Source: Raillietiella orientalis (lineage: Eukaryota). From it: a stretch of DNA of 64,000 nucleotides. A model generated the notes under the pieces. The model was not told the DNA's origin and made no database searches. It saw only the letters and a list, made by a program, of their open reading frames with translations. Made by a program: the position numbers and the translations under genes. The stretch lies in the NCBI GenBank assembly GCA_036172245.1, contig JAYWIR010000056.1, positions 496,001-560,000 of the forward strand. The letters are read 5' to 3'. Positions 1-13,200 of the stretch are shown here, piece by piece. How positions within the stretch are numbered: position 1 is the stretch's first letter; the number at the start of each line of letters is the position of its first letter.

Positions 1-519
1 GACGTCTTCTGGAAGGAGAGAGTTCTGTCCCTCTCCCCATGATTTTCCCGGAAACCGCGGGGAGGTCGGCAGGTATTGAGATACTAGCTTTCCTGCTCGA
101 AGTCGTTCTGCAAGGGAGAGGCATAAGTGGTCCGGTGGAGACGAGGCCGGGGCACCCGTCTCCACTGTCAACTTCAGGATGCAGCGTCTTTGAGAGGGGG
201 GAGCAGAAGGGCGGTCCTTAGCCTCTCTGGTGCCTGGAGACTCTCTCAGCAGCTGCTTCGCTCCGGCGCTCTCCTCCCTGGGCTGCGGCGTTTTCGAGTC
301 TTCCAGAAAATCTCGTCTCCCGACCCATATCCCGAGTTTTTCTCCGAGCAGGAATTTCCGCCCTTTGGGGATCTCTCTCGAAGGGTCCTTTCTCGCCCCC
401 TTCCTTCCCGGTCCGGAAACCCCCTTCCTGGGCCGTCTCTCCCCCTGGCTATCTCTGCGTCACGCGGAGCCTCCTAGGTTTTACCCCCGCGGAGCCAGCG
501 GTCGCGGAGAGGAGGAGCT

Positions 520-1110
520 GCGGAGACCCCCGCTCTGGAAGCCGCGCGCGACTCGGAGCGTTGTGGGTTCGAACCCCTCCCGAGAAAGATCGACGCCGAG
601 AATGAAGGGTGCGTGGTGGGTTTCAAGTCCCTTCCCCCTCCGCAGGATGTTGCTGGCTGGCTTATTGGTTCCGGGTGCTGCACTGGTGGAAACCGGATGC
701 ATCCCGGATGTTGACTGGCCGGGATCGGAAGTGGACCTTTCGGGTCCTTCCAGGAATCCCTTTTGACAGGTTCCTTTGGGAGTTGTCCTCCGGTTGTGAG
801 AATGGAGCCGTCCCCTTCCCCGGTGGGAACCCTCCATTGCGTACCATGGGACTGGTTGATACCCGTTCGGGGGTTAGCCTCTCCAGAATCTCTAAAGGGC
901 TCTGCCTCTTTCAGAGAGCGCCCTTCAAAGGAAATGGGAAGCGTCCCTCCGGTGTTCCCTTCGGAGGTGGAGGAAACCAGGAGCGGATCCTTTCCGGATT
1001 CTTTTCGAAGAAACGAGGAGCAACCCTCCCAAACCAAAGTCTCCCTCCAGGGACAACCAGGGCGAACATTTCTTTCAAGATTCCCTGTAAGGAGCGGAAT
1101 CCTCTCTTCC
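520..1110 (+). mobile_element. tRNA-derived SINE copy, diverged
   Basis: B-box GGTTCGAACCC at 566-576, followed by GATCGACGCCGAGAA, CCGGTTGTGAGAATGGAGCCGTCCCC and GGAGCGGATCCTTTCCGG. Confidence 0.75.
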
Positions 1111-1202
1111 TTATTCTCGAGCTGGAAGGACGAGAGGTGCGCCAGCGGGCGTAGCGCGCGAGAGAGGTCGCGCGCGTGCAGGACTGCGCTCCGAGGACGT
1201 AC

Positions 1203-4200
1203 CTCCATCCTGTCCCTCTTGGAGACGATCTCGTCCTTCATGGACAAGAGCAGACTAATGAAAGGGGGTAAGGCATGCCCCATCTTTCGCAGGACTCCTG
1301 CGTCCCTCATGAGGGTGCCGATGCCCTGGTCGAAGTTGACGGTGAGCTCTGACGTCACCGGGTGCCTCACAACGAGGGGACAGCCCAGGCTCATCCGGAC
1401 GCTTCCCGGCTGGAAGGGAAGCGGGGAGGGGCAGCTCGAGTGTCCACTGCCATGGGGAGGATCCTCACGTTCTGACCGCTCCAGCGGCTGCACACCTCCG
1501 CCTCGGACCTCAGCAGCTGGGACGCTAGCTTGTCCCTCTTCTCTTTCAGTCTGGTCACGGTCTGGATCCCGCAGGCATCGAGGAGCTGTTCTCCCGGCAG
1601 CTCTCGGAGGCATGAGCCGACGCGGCGGGACAGGTGGTGGACCCACATGACCTTCCCTAAGGGCAGGAAGCATGGGTGTTGCGGAGGCTTCCCCCTTCCC
1701 TGTAGTGCCCCACGCGGCACCTACGCGCGACGAGAGGGACGAGGCGGTACGCTGGCGGCCGGTCGCGGCTCTCCGCGAAGCAGGCGGCCGCGTGGTCCAA
1801 CATCTCCTCCCGCCTGCGGAGCACCCGTTCGGCCTTGTCGTCGACCTCCAGCCGGGGAACCAGCCTCCGCCGCACTTCCAGGAAGCGGCTCACGATCCGA
1901 CCGGCCTGCAGAAAGACGCGGTCCTCAGGAGATTAGGGGAGGATGGCAGCGTCCCTCCTCCCCACCTGGAGCGAATCCCACGCGTCCGCGAACGTCCTCT
2001 CCAGTAGCTGCCGAACCCGCTCTACAAGCTGCTCCGTGCCTTCCAAGAAGGCCGCTAGGTCCTCGTCGAACCCGCGGTCGCGGTGCTCCAGGCAGTCGTA
2101 GGGTCTCTTCCTCATCTGCTCCACGAAGTCCTCGAACATCCGCACGACGTCTTCCAGGGCTGGAAGAGCGGGTGGAGGGGCGAGGGAAGAAAGGGCGCGG
2201 CTGCGCATGAACCCTTCCCGGGTTGCGGGTCGCGGGGCTGCGTCGCTTCCGGGAATGGGGGAAGGGGAGCTACTCGCCCCAGACGTCTCTGGGGAAGGAC
2301 TCGCGGGTGCCCGAGGTACTCTCCGGAGACGAAAGGGGGGTGGTAGGGAATGCCGGGACTCCTGGACGGGATGAGTTTTCCTACCGTGATCCCTGGGCAG
2401 GAGGCCTGGAAGGGTAGAGGAGAGATAGCATCGGACTGGAGGGAAAGGGTACCTCCGATCCTGCTGCGGAAGTACTCGCGCAGCACGTCGATCTTCCCGA
2501 GCAGCTCCCGGATGGCTCGCAGGCGCCGGCAGAAGTTGGCGAGCCGGCCGAAGACACCGTGCTCGCTGCAGAGAAAAGGAGAGCGGCCCTCCTGCAGAAA
2601 CCGCGACTGCCGCTCCCTGTAGGCCTCCTGGAAGGAGCGGCTCAGCTCCAGGCAGAGCTCCAGCCTTTCCAGCACGACGTTCCGCTCTTCGGTCCAGATT
2701 GTCGTCTTCCCCCCGCTGGTTATGTACCGAACGCACGCCCGGATGACCTCGTTGTTGACCTAAAAAAGAAACACGCGCACATCTGATCCCTCCACTTTCT
2801 CGGGAAGAAACCCTCACTATCCCTGAATTCATTTCGACCACCCCGGGAGCTGTCCCGCTCCGCAACGGGGGGACAGGACAGTTCATCCTGCGGCGCAGGG
2901 AACAGGCGGAAACGCGCACACCCTCTCCGCTTCATCCTTAACGGAGGCTTTTCCGAGAAGCACCTGGGAGGCCCCACGGAAGTACCGGCGGGTAGAGCGC
3001 GCGTCTTTTTCGTAGCGGACGGCTGACACTCTCCGGACCAGGGCCAAGAGCGTCCGGCCGCCTTGACCTATGAAGCAACTGCTTGACAGAGAGTCTCTGG
3101 GGAGACTACGTGTCCTCACGTCCTTTGGAGGGTCAGGCGGAAGCAAATGCCCAACGGATTAACTCGTGGCGCTGCTCCGTGGGGAGAAAAGGGAGACTAC
3201 ATAAGCGAGGACAATAGCCCTGAGGAGTGTCGGAGGAAAGGGGACGGAGCAACCTTCCCAGCAGCCTTTGAGAGCAGCGGAGGTGTCTGAACACGCCGCG
3301 AGCAGAGTGTCTGGCACGGATTTTGCCCTGAACGGTCCTTTAGATGTGTCGGCCAGCCTCCTTGCAGGAGGGGGCAAGCTTTCGAGACGAAGGCACCCTC
3401 GGGCACAGGAGGAGATCGCAGAATCTGATGGAACGGGTGTTGTGGAAGGTGCTGACATGCACACGAAGTAACATGAGCAGGATGGAGATGAGGGTAAGGA
3501 GCATGGGAAGAGGGAGAAGGAAGGGAGGAAGAAGGGAAAAGGAAAGTGGAGAATAAAGAGGAAAGGAGGAGAAGGAAGGGAGGATTCTTCTCTGAAGAGA
3601 GGCACGCACGCAGAACTCTTCGAGACGGCGAACTCCAGCGATTCGCATCCGAGAGGGTTTCTATGAATGCATGTATTGAAGAAAGGGGATGGTAGGGCGC
3701 TGCCATGCTGGGAATACGTCGGCTGCTTCACTCGCTCTCGCGGTAACCGAGCTGAGGAGGTACGGTGGACGTGTGCAGACGAGCCTGCCTTCAGACCCTT
3801 CTGGGGTAAACGAAGAACATGGAGTGCCCTTCTAAATGGCTGCCCTCCAGGGACACGCGAGGCAGATCCGGAAGAAAGTCCCTCCGTGGTCCTTCACCTA
3901 GGTGCGGAGCTTACCTTCAGGAAGAAAATGGAAATCTTTTCAGCTGTGTTGTAGCAGTCGGAGGCCGTGTAGGTCGTGCCGAGAATGTCCAGCAGTTCCT
4001 TGAGTGTCGGGCCCATGTTCTCCTGGAAGGACAAGTAGGAAACGATGGCTTTCGAGCAAAGCGGCTGCGTCCCTCCCACCACTGTCTCATGCTGCACCTG
4101 CGAGGATCGGCGGAGCGTGGGAGTAGCGTAGGGAGATCCTTTTCTGCCTCTCCTTGGTCGCCACTCGATCACCACCGCTCCTCACCCGCTCCTGTCCTCC

Positions 4201-7200
4201 GAGATGCCCATACTCAGAGCGAAAATTCCCCCTTCCGGAAAACCTTGCGTCCTCGGGCTCCACTTCCCCACTATCCTATCGGCTGCCACTCCCGGAGTTC
4301 TCTCCCCTCCTACTCCTCCGGAACTTCTATCCTGACATCCGAGACCTTTTTCTCTCTAGGTGCCGAGTCAGAGTGCACGCTGGAGACCTCCCCGGAGGAT
4401 GCAGGTGGTCAGCCGGTTTCTGGGTGAGCCCCACATCTCTGGTTCGGTTCGTGACCCTACCAGGCTGTCCTCCTGAGCTTACGTCTCATCCCTCCACCCC
4501 CCTTCTACCGACCACGCTCCGTCCCGAATCGCTGCCATCGTGAGCGGCCGGAGCCATCAGGAGGAAGGGGAGAAAAGGTGCCCGAAAATGGGGGGCGGGA
4601 AAAGAAGCGGGCGTTTGCTCCTCGCATCTGCGTGTATTCAAGGAGTAGGTCGCCAGTTGTGCCAATCCTTCACTGGGGGAGGAGTTGATCGTGGAGGTCA
4701 TTCATGCTGCATGGGAAACAGATGGATGGACCACGGTGAATCGGATGGAGGAGGTCGATGCTGCTATTGTAAGAGAGATGATAGGATCTGCTTCAAAATT
4801 CCGAAATATCATGAATGATATTTATTAATCATTATGTAAGTATGTATGTGAACATGTATTTGATTTTTATAATCTTCAATATATATATATCAACAACTTA
4901 TTAATTTTATTAATGAAATGTATGGCATTGAATCTTAATAAACGTATCTGTTCCAGTAATATTACTGTTTATAATAAGTACGTTAATAAATACGAATAAT
5001 TATACATATTAAAATAAATTTGCATATTTATGTATGCAAATTTATTTTAATGGGAACACGTTTTTATCCCCTATGATCTTTGGGGATAGGCGTCGTTCTA
5101 AGAATTGTTGGAATCAGGATGATAATGGATGGTAACGAAAAGATGACAGATAGAGCGCGAACCCTCCGAGAAAAGGATGCAAATGCTCCAGGTCGGAGGA
5201 AGATTCTCCTCCCTGAAACATCCACGGGCTTCTCCCGACCTCCGACCTCTTTCCTGTGGCACCGTCCACAGTCTCCAAGTGCGTGGCTGCACGAATGCTC
5301 CGAGCTGCGACCTCCGCGATCCCTCTCTGTTCAGTGCGGTTCGCGCTGTCCAGGCCTTCGAGCCCGCGGCGACCGAGCACATCACAGGCGGTGTCGAATG
5401 GCGTGCTCCGCGCTTCGAACCCTCATCCTTGCCATGTCGGAGGCGACTGGGCAAGGGCCCCCCGCTCAGCTCCACTCGGTCAGGGACGAAGCGGTCGGCA
5501 AAGACCTGCTCGAGGCGAGCGTTCCTGTCGCTGCTGAGCCTCTTAAGAGACCTCGTGTAAATCTCTCAAAATCCCGCAGGCCATCCAGGAATGCCGGCCA
5601 GCAGCTTGAGCGCCCTCGGGGACGTCCTTCACGCCACCTTCCAGGACAGCGTTGAGGACTGTAGTCCACGGAGCCAGGCGAGGAGGTCACGAGCCTCCTC
5701 CCCTCTGTGGTGCGGATGGAGCTTCAGCAGTCGACTCGGGAAGTTCGAGTGGTGGTCAATTCTTGAGGTGGCAGGGATTTCCACCTGCCCTTCCTTCTGA
5801 GAGGAAGGAGACAGCAGGCGCTCGTAGCTGACAACGTCCGCTTGGACGCGGCGGTGACCCACCCTTCTTCTAGGCGGCTGCTCTGCTTGCAGCACCCATA
5901 CCCCGGCGGCGCACTCGGAAGACCACGAAGACTCTTGATAGGTACTCCACGCCCTGTCCCGAGGCAACCTTCGCATAACTTCATCGGAATAGGCGATTCC
6001 AGACCTCCGGGAGGTTGGTCGGCTGGCCGGTGTGGCGAAGATCTCCGGAGCACCGAGGCTCAGGCGGGCAGGGGTCCTTTCAGCCTCTCTCCCCAAGTTG
6101 CAGCACGACGCAGGGATGCTTTCTTGTGCTGCCCTCTGATCTCGTCGGGGGCAAATTCTTCCCAAAAGCAAAGAAGCGACCTCGGGCGCTGTAGAATTCT
6201 GGAGCCGTGCGCCAGAGGACGAGAAAGCCTGCCGGCAGAGGAAAGGAGGAATCGGAGGAGCAGAATCGCGGCGGTCGCGTTAGACACGAACCAGCTGCGC
6301 CCTCCAGTCCGAGAGAATAGGGAACGGAGCTTCCTCTTCCGCCCGTCTTCCAGGCCAGACAGATGGAGGCCCTTGGTCTCTGCAGCCTTCTCTGAGTCGC
6401 TCCCACGCGCTTCAGCAGACGCAGTCGTCTTCCCGCGCAGGATTCCCCTTACAGACTGCATGCGGATGCGGGATATGAGCGCATGGACCCGTCCTGGCCT
6501 CTTCCCCTCGACAAGACCCCGAGAGACAGCGGCTCTGCAAATGCTAACTGACAAGCGTACAGAGATCTCGTGCTCTCTGGCAGGAAACGAGCTCAGGGAA
6601 GTTCCGATGGACCTTCCTGTTTTGGTCGAAAGCAGCCGGACTGCCAGAAAGTCAGAGTTCCCCAACGGTCAAAGAGAACAGCGAAAATGTAACCCTAAAA
6701 GCTGCATTCGGTGGCTCAACCCACGACGGGCACGTCAGGAAAGGGAAGAAAAGGGAAGAAAATCGCCTTCTCTAGGCTGCCCGGGACCGAACGCAAGACA
6801 GCGGGACATCCCTTGTCAAGGACCACTCAGGGTGCCGGATGGTCACGTCCTGCAGGGGGACTCTATCTTCTCTGCGGAGAACGCCTCCGGTTTGCGGCTT
6901 GCGGAATCGATCGCGCGGTGCGACCCCAATCCTCCGTATACCGCCGGGGGTGGCGCCGACCGCTTGTGAGGGGAAGGCGCGCAAAGAGGGAAGAACTGCT
7001 GTGCCGACAATCAGATCAAAATCGCGGGATGACCATGACGAACTGGAGCAGGGTCCGAGCGTGATACCCGAGAACTAACAGTTTTCCTGGAAAGTGGACG
7101 TGGAGCTTCGGAGCGAAGGCAAGGCTCTCGCTTTGAGCGTCACCAACTCCAGCGTCATCTTAAAGAGGCTCCACAACAGAAGAAAGACGCTACTTCGCCT

Positions 7201-10200
7201 CCAGAAAAGCGCCTGCTACCTTCTTTTTTATTGGTTCGCAATTGCTGAAGAACCGTTCGCCTCCATAGGGGGTTTCAAGTTATAGAGGGTATCTCTGGAG
7301 GGGACCACCCTATGGATCCAAGGACTCCTAGAGGATGGAGTCCGTTCCTCTCACTCTTGGGAGGAAACCTTGAAGGATTTTCTTCCTCATTCTCTCCGGA
7401 GGGACCTCCGGAGGGGACACACCTCGTTTCTTCTCCAAAGAGAACCCGGAAAGGATCCGCTCATGGAATTTCTTCTCCAGAGGAAACCCTCCAGGGAACG
7501 TCTTCCTTATTACCTATGGATGAAACCCCCAGAGGGGAGACACTTGTCATTTCTTCTCCTAAGAGAACTCGGGAAGCATGCTTTCCTTGTTTTCTCCTCT
7601 GAAGAGAAACCCGAAGGGACGCTACCTAATTTCGCTGAGGGGCGTTCCCCAAAGGGGGCAGCGCGCTTCTTGGACACTCTGGAGAGGCAACCCTCCGAGA
7701 GGAGTATCAGCGAGTTCCATGGCACGCGACGGAGTCTCCCTCCGAGAAAGGGAGGGACGGCTCCATTTTCACAACCGGAGAGGAACCACGAAGGGCTCCT
7801 TGGTTCCTTGAAGAGCCCCAAAGGGTCCACTTTCAACCCCATCCAGTCAACGGGGTCATCCGAGGGGTTACCGGCTTCGGCCAGTGCCGCAGCCGAAACT
7901 CACGACGCACTCTCGTTCTCGGCATCGATCCTTCCCTGGTGAGGATTCGAACCCGCGACGCTCGGTGCCAACGTAGTCTCCATTTTTCTTTCTCTTTGCG
8001 CCTTCCGAGCATTTAGGCTTGCCTGGTCGGTGAGCTTCCGGACTGAGCAAGAAATCTTATCATGATCGGATGCGCGTTCGGGGTATCGTCCCGAGGTCAC
8101 CTCCCGGGATTTCTTGCGCCCTCGAGCAGTGGTCCCCCTCGAAAGGGAGTCCTTCCCCACACTCCAAAGGTGAGAAAGGGACACGGAAGATCCGAGCAGG
8201 GGCAGACTGGGTGCGGGCGAAAGCCAGCGGGAGGGCGTTCTCACCTGCTGGTTGCCTCCCGGGAGAGTAACTCCCAGGGATGCGTTGCAAGGAGCACGCT
8301 GTTCCGTCCGGGTTAGGGACGAAACTCTCAGGCGGCAGGAGGCAGGGTGCTCGCGGCTGCCTCAAGACGCGAGGGGATGGGCGAGCGACTCCGGGATGGA
8401 GCGAGAGGGAAGCCATGGAGTGCGGGAACCCGCTCCCGACCACCACCGCGCGACAGCGACAGGGTTCAGGCGGACGGGCGTGGTGTTGCTGAAAACAGGT
8501 CTTGGGCGGGGTGTGGACAAGAGAGAACCGGAAGAGGAGCAAGCGGCTCCGCCTGGTGCCGGTCTGCGGCCTTGCCAAGCCAGCAGCCCTCTGGCCCGCG
8601 GCAAACCAAAGCGAGCAGGAAGCTTGCCGGGCAGCAAATGAGGAAGAGGAGAGGCAAGACAACGAATCAGCTGAAGACCAAAACTCTCATCGCGATCTTG
8701 GATAGGGAAGAAGGAGGATGTCCTCTCTGGAAGCATCCCGAGGAGAAAGAGTCCTTATTCATTCCTCTGAAGGGGTGAAACTCCTTCGGGGTTTCCTTCA
8801 GAGGGAATCTCGAAGGGAATGCTTCCAGCACACTGAGGAAGAACCCCTGAGGGAAAGCTCGGATCCGTGACAGAAACCGGAGGGCACTCCCAAAGCTCCA
8901 TGATTCCTGGAATAACTCCGGAGGGTGCACTCGCACGGTTCCGGCTGGTCAGCGTGAGTACCCGGTCCCCGAGTGTCATCCCAGCGCTGTACTGGAAGCC
9001 TGCGGGTCAATCAGCGCCGTCCTGTGGAGCGGGGAGACTCGGGTCCCGCGACGCACCCATTTTCCACCGCATCCTCAATTCTTCACGATAGAGGATAGAG
9101 GAGTTCGAACCCACTTGGCTCCGCAGCCACGCGTGAGCTCCGAGCACCATCGTGCGTTCGAAGGATCGCCTCTCGCCATCGCCACACCGCCAAACCGCCC
9201 GGAATCCAGGAAGAACCATTTCTCCTGCAAAGGTGCAGTGCGGTCCGATAGCCTACCAGAAGGCTGCCAGGCTCTCGAGCCACCGGGAGGACCTGCGCTC
9301 TCTGCTCTCGTCTGGTGCGGTGGCAAAGTTTCCCGCGAGATGGAGCCCGGAACTCGAGGGAACGCGGGGGGCGGACGGTCTCGATGAGCGAGGGGGAAGG
9401 GCGACGAACTTACGGGGTCGCAGATGTGCAGTTTCAGGCAGTGTCTCTCCAAGGTGTAGATGTACTTCACTATGGCCTTGACTTCGGCGAGGGCTCGGAA
9501 GAAGTCCTGCTCCAGCTCTGCCCACCTCTTCGGCAGCTTAAAACTGACGCTGTCAAGGAAACGCACTACGTCCTGGACCTGGAAAAGAGCGTTGGTGACT
9601 GAGGGTCTTTTTCTGAGATGCCTGCAGTAATTCTCGAGCCCGAAAGACTACCGAGAAGCGCTCCCTGCATGGTCCCTTAATGATGGTCGCCGCTGCATAC
9701 CATCGCTTCACGTGCGTTCCGGATGGAGCAACTCTTCTTCAGGAAGGTGCGCATCCACAACAGACGTTCCCGAATTTCCGTCGCAAACCGCCAAATTCCA
9801 GAGGTACCACGCCTTTCGCGCTTGCCTCTCACCGGTTTCATGGTCCTACATGCCCAGAAGACGATCAGCGATCTGCCGTCTTCGTCCGACAAAGCAGAAA
9901 GGAAGTTCGACCGACCAGGGGTTCTTGGGAACACGACGAAGGATGTTGCTGACTTCTGCTGTGCTCCAGATGCTCGGGACACGGAGAGAGCGAGTCTGGC
10001 TGCTACCGCGATTCAATCCGCGTTTCATCCCCTTCCTTTACCTCCCATTCCTTCCTCCTCAGAAGCCATAACCTGATACCCCTTCAACTTTTTTCCGAGC
10101 GCCCCTGCTGCTTTCTCCGACGGAGTCCGCCCGGACTCCATGGTCTGCCGGCACCTGCCACTCCCGAGAGACCCTCACCCACTGTGAAAAGAGGATGCAG

Positions 10201-13200
10201 CATTCAGGGTTTCTTTGAAACGGGTGTTTCTCCTTCTCCTTGTCTTTGTCTTTTTCTAACAAGGAGCTACCTCTCGTTCCCGCCCCACGGTGCAGTTTCT
10301 GAGACACTGGATGTCTTCGTAGCGGCCGTGGGCGTTTGGAACATTTTGTGAGTCGGATTTCTTGCTGCCCCAACGAGCGCCCGATGTCTCTTCTGCCTCA
10401 CCGAGGGGGACTCGGGAGCCTACTCTGCTTGCTTTGGGAGTCCTGGATGCGGATTCGCTTCCCGAAACTAACACGGAAAGGAGACCCCTGCTCCCATCCT
10501 GATGTCTTCCAGAAAAGCTCGAGTCGAGAGTCATCTTAAGCAGCGCGAATGGGCGAGTATGACTCCGTTTCCACGGACTGGAATCTTCCACCTCTTCTCA
10601 AAGTTGTTGCCTCTCTGCTCGGCAACACGGTCTCCATCTCAGGTCCATTCGGGGACTTCCAGCATCATTCCCCTGAGCCAGCGAAGGCCGGGTCTCACGA
10701 ACTGAAAATCCCCTCTTGGAAAATCTCACTTTGGAATTTGTGATTTGGACGCACTTCTGTTCTTAACCACTAACGGAAGATGGAACCACCCATCATTTGA
10801 ACTGTTTCATCCCAATGTCATCCAGGGTTTTTTTTTTTTTTTTCTCACCTTTGGCATCCTTGAAGGATCACAGACTCTCTTCCTTCGAGCCGTTCAATTT
10901 TTTTTCTTTTGACTCCATCTCCGTTTTGGAGGCGTGTCCGAGCTCGCTTCCTTGGTTTCTCATCACGGATAGGCAAACGCACTTCTCCGTGTCGCTGCGA
11001 ATTCTTCCGTGATCTCAGTCATCCGCTCCCCTCTCGCTTCTTAGCCAAAAAGCAGCTTATCGAAGGACTCCAGATCCCCCCTCCCCACCACCTCCCAACG
11101 TGACCGCAAGAGGATTTCAATGATGCGGCAGTCGGCTCAGGGTCCTTGTCTATCATTCTCCTCGTGCAATGAACCCTCACAACGGTCCATTTCACATCGC
11201 CCTCAGGCAAGCATCAAGGATCTTCGATTCGTCCCAACGTCAAATTGCACAGAAAGGAGCAACGAATCGCCACCAGGTTGCCTCCTTCGTTTAATTCTTA
11301 ATGATTCGAGTAAAGAAGATTTTTGCTATGTTTCTGTCGAACCTTATTGTATTATAGAAGGTTATAAAAATGTACATGTTTCTTACATATATTCATATAA
11401 ATGTTGATGTATGGACTAATACGCATCATGCAGATCATAAACAATAAATGTACATGCTTATTACATGCATTGATATAAATGCAAATATATATATGTGTAG
11501 ACATTTATATTTACATATGTGTTAGGTACATATTTATATTCACATACATATGTATTTATATTATCTATAATAATGATGTGTATAATAAACATGTGTATTT
11601 TTTTTTTAAATCTTTAATTTATCGATCAACAATATGACCACCAACTTATTAATTTTATTAATAAAATGCATATTACTAAATGCTGATAAACATGTACGTT
11701 CAAATAATATTAGTGTTAATAATATGCATGTTAATAGATATGAATACCTATGTATATTACAATAAATGTGTATATCAATCTATGTAGAATAAGCATATGC
11801 ATTTTTTTTTTTTTTTGTAGATATTTCGGGATTTTGGCCGGCGCCAAATAATAAGAGCTCATCTGAATTTCTGCTTCTAAGATGCAATTATAAATGTTGT
11901 ATAAAATGACAACTAAGCGTTTTCAATAAAGTAATCATTAAATAAATAAACTTTCGTCATACGGCACGCATTAATGCTTATTTTCAGTATTTAGTTATAT
12001 ATATACAAGTGCTCAACAATATATACATATTGCTAAACATATGATGTAATATATATAGATATAGATATGTATATATTACACTCTGTACAATAAAACTTCT
12101 AGCCCTCCCAAACTGCTTTTTTCTGATCCTTAATTTAAATTCACTAATTTTTTTCATAATGAAGGAAAGGTGCAAGACTGTCCCGTCGACGGTGGCGCAG
12201 CGACCGGGGGTGCGGGATACTTCCAGCCTCGGTTCTTCCGATTGCAATTTCGCTTATTTGCCGCTGCGGTTCGCTCCTCTATCCATCCCCCTTGCCTTCC
12301 CCGAGGAAATTCCATTCGAAGGAAACCCTGAACTCCTAGAAGCAAGAATCCCTTGAAGTATAACTTCAGACGTGAATTTTGCGCTCGGGAAAGCTCACAG
12401 AGACCAAAGAATCAGCATCGGTGGGTGTTGCGGAATTTTTCGAAAAGCGACTTACAGAATGCACACCTCGCGAACTTTCCCGTCTCTTGAGACAGTGCAA
12501 GAATCCAGCTCTAAAACACGAATGCATTACTCTAATGATGAGGATACTTCTGTTATCTAATGCTGGCTTTGCTTCGGAGCGCGCGGTTTGTTGGCCGGCA
12601 TCATCTCCAAGGCAACCAGTCGATCAAAGCAGCAGACGTTGTTGTTGTTGTTTCAGTTGGGAGGGAGATGTGTTGCTCGAGCAAGTCAGGTGAGCCAGTT
12701 CGCTGCCAGGGGCAACCGACGTCATATGCGAATGCTCGAATACTGCTTAGAGATGTCCGACAAGTTCACGCACCGGACCCGCGAAGTGTGCATACACCAG
12801 GAGAACGCGTGGTCCCTGGCGGTGAGAGAAAACTTGAGAAAGCCTTTTTCACACCAGAAGGCAAGTCGGCGCCCTCGACGTGGCTGCCAGCCGCTACGAC
12901 TGCCACCACGTAAATTAGCGAGCGGTTGGAGATACCGCATGGAATAGAGACCTGCCACCAGACACTCAGGATGAAACTCCCTGATGCTCTACCATGAATG
13001 TATCCTGAGCGGTTCCAGGATGAAGCATTGGACAGGCAACTGTCAGGATGAGCTCTGCAAGGCATGTAAAGCCAGGGAAAACCAGCTCCACATCCTCACC
13101 TGCCCGACGCTGAGCCAGGATTGAACAACGCTAAAGGCGGTGGTGACTGACTCAAACGTACCCATGGCGGGAATGTTTGAAGGGAATATGAACGTTCCCC

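Noticed and set aside
474..1673. 399-aa ORF as a single gene
   Set aside because: It is a chimera of one dynein exon (1203-1409) with intron and antisense SINE sequence.
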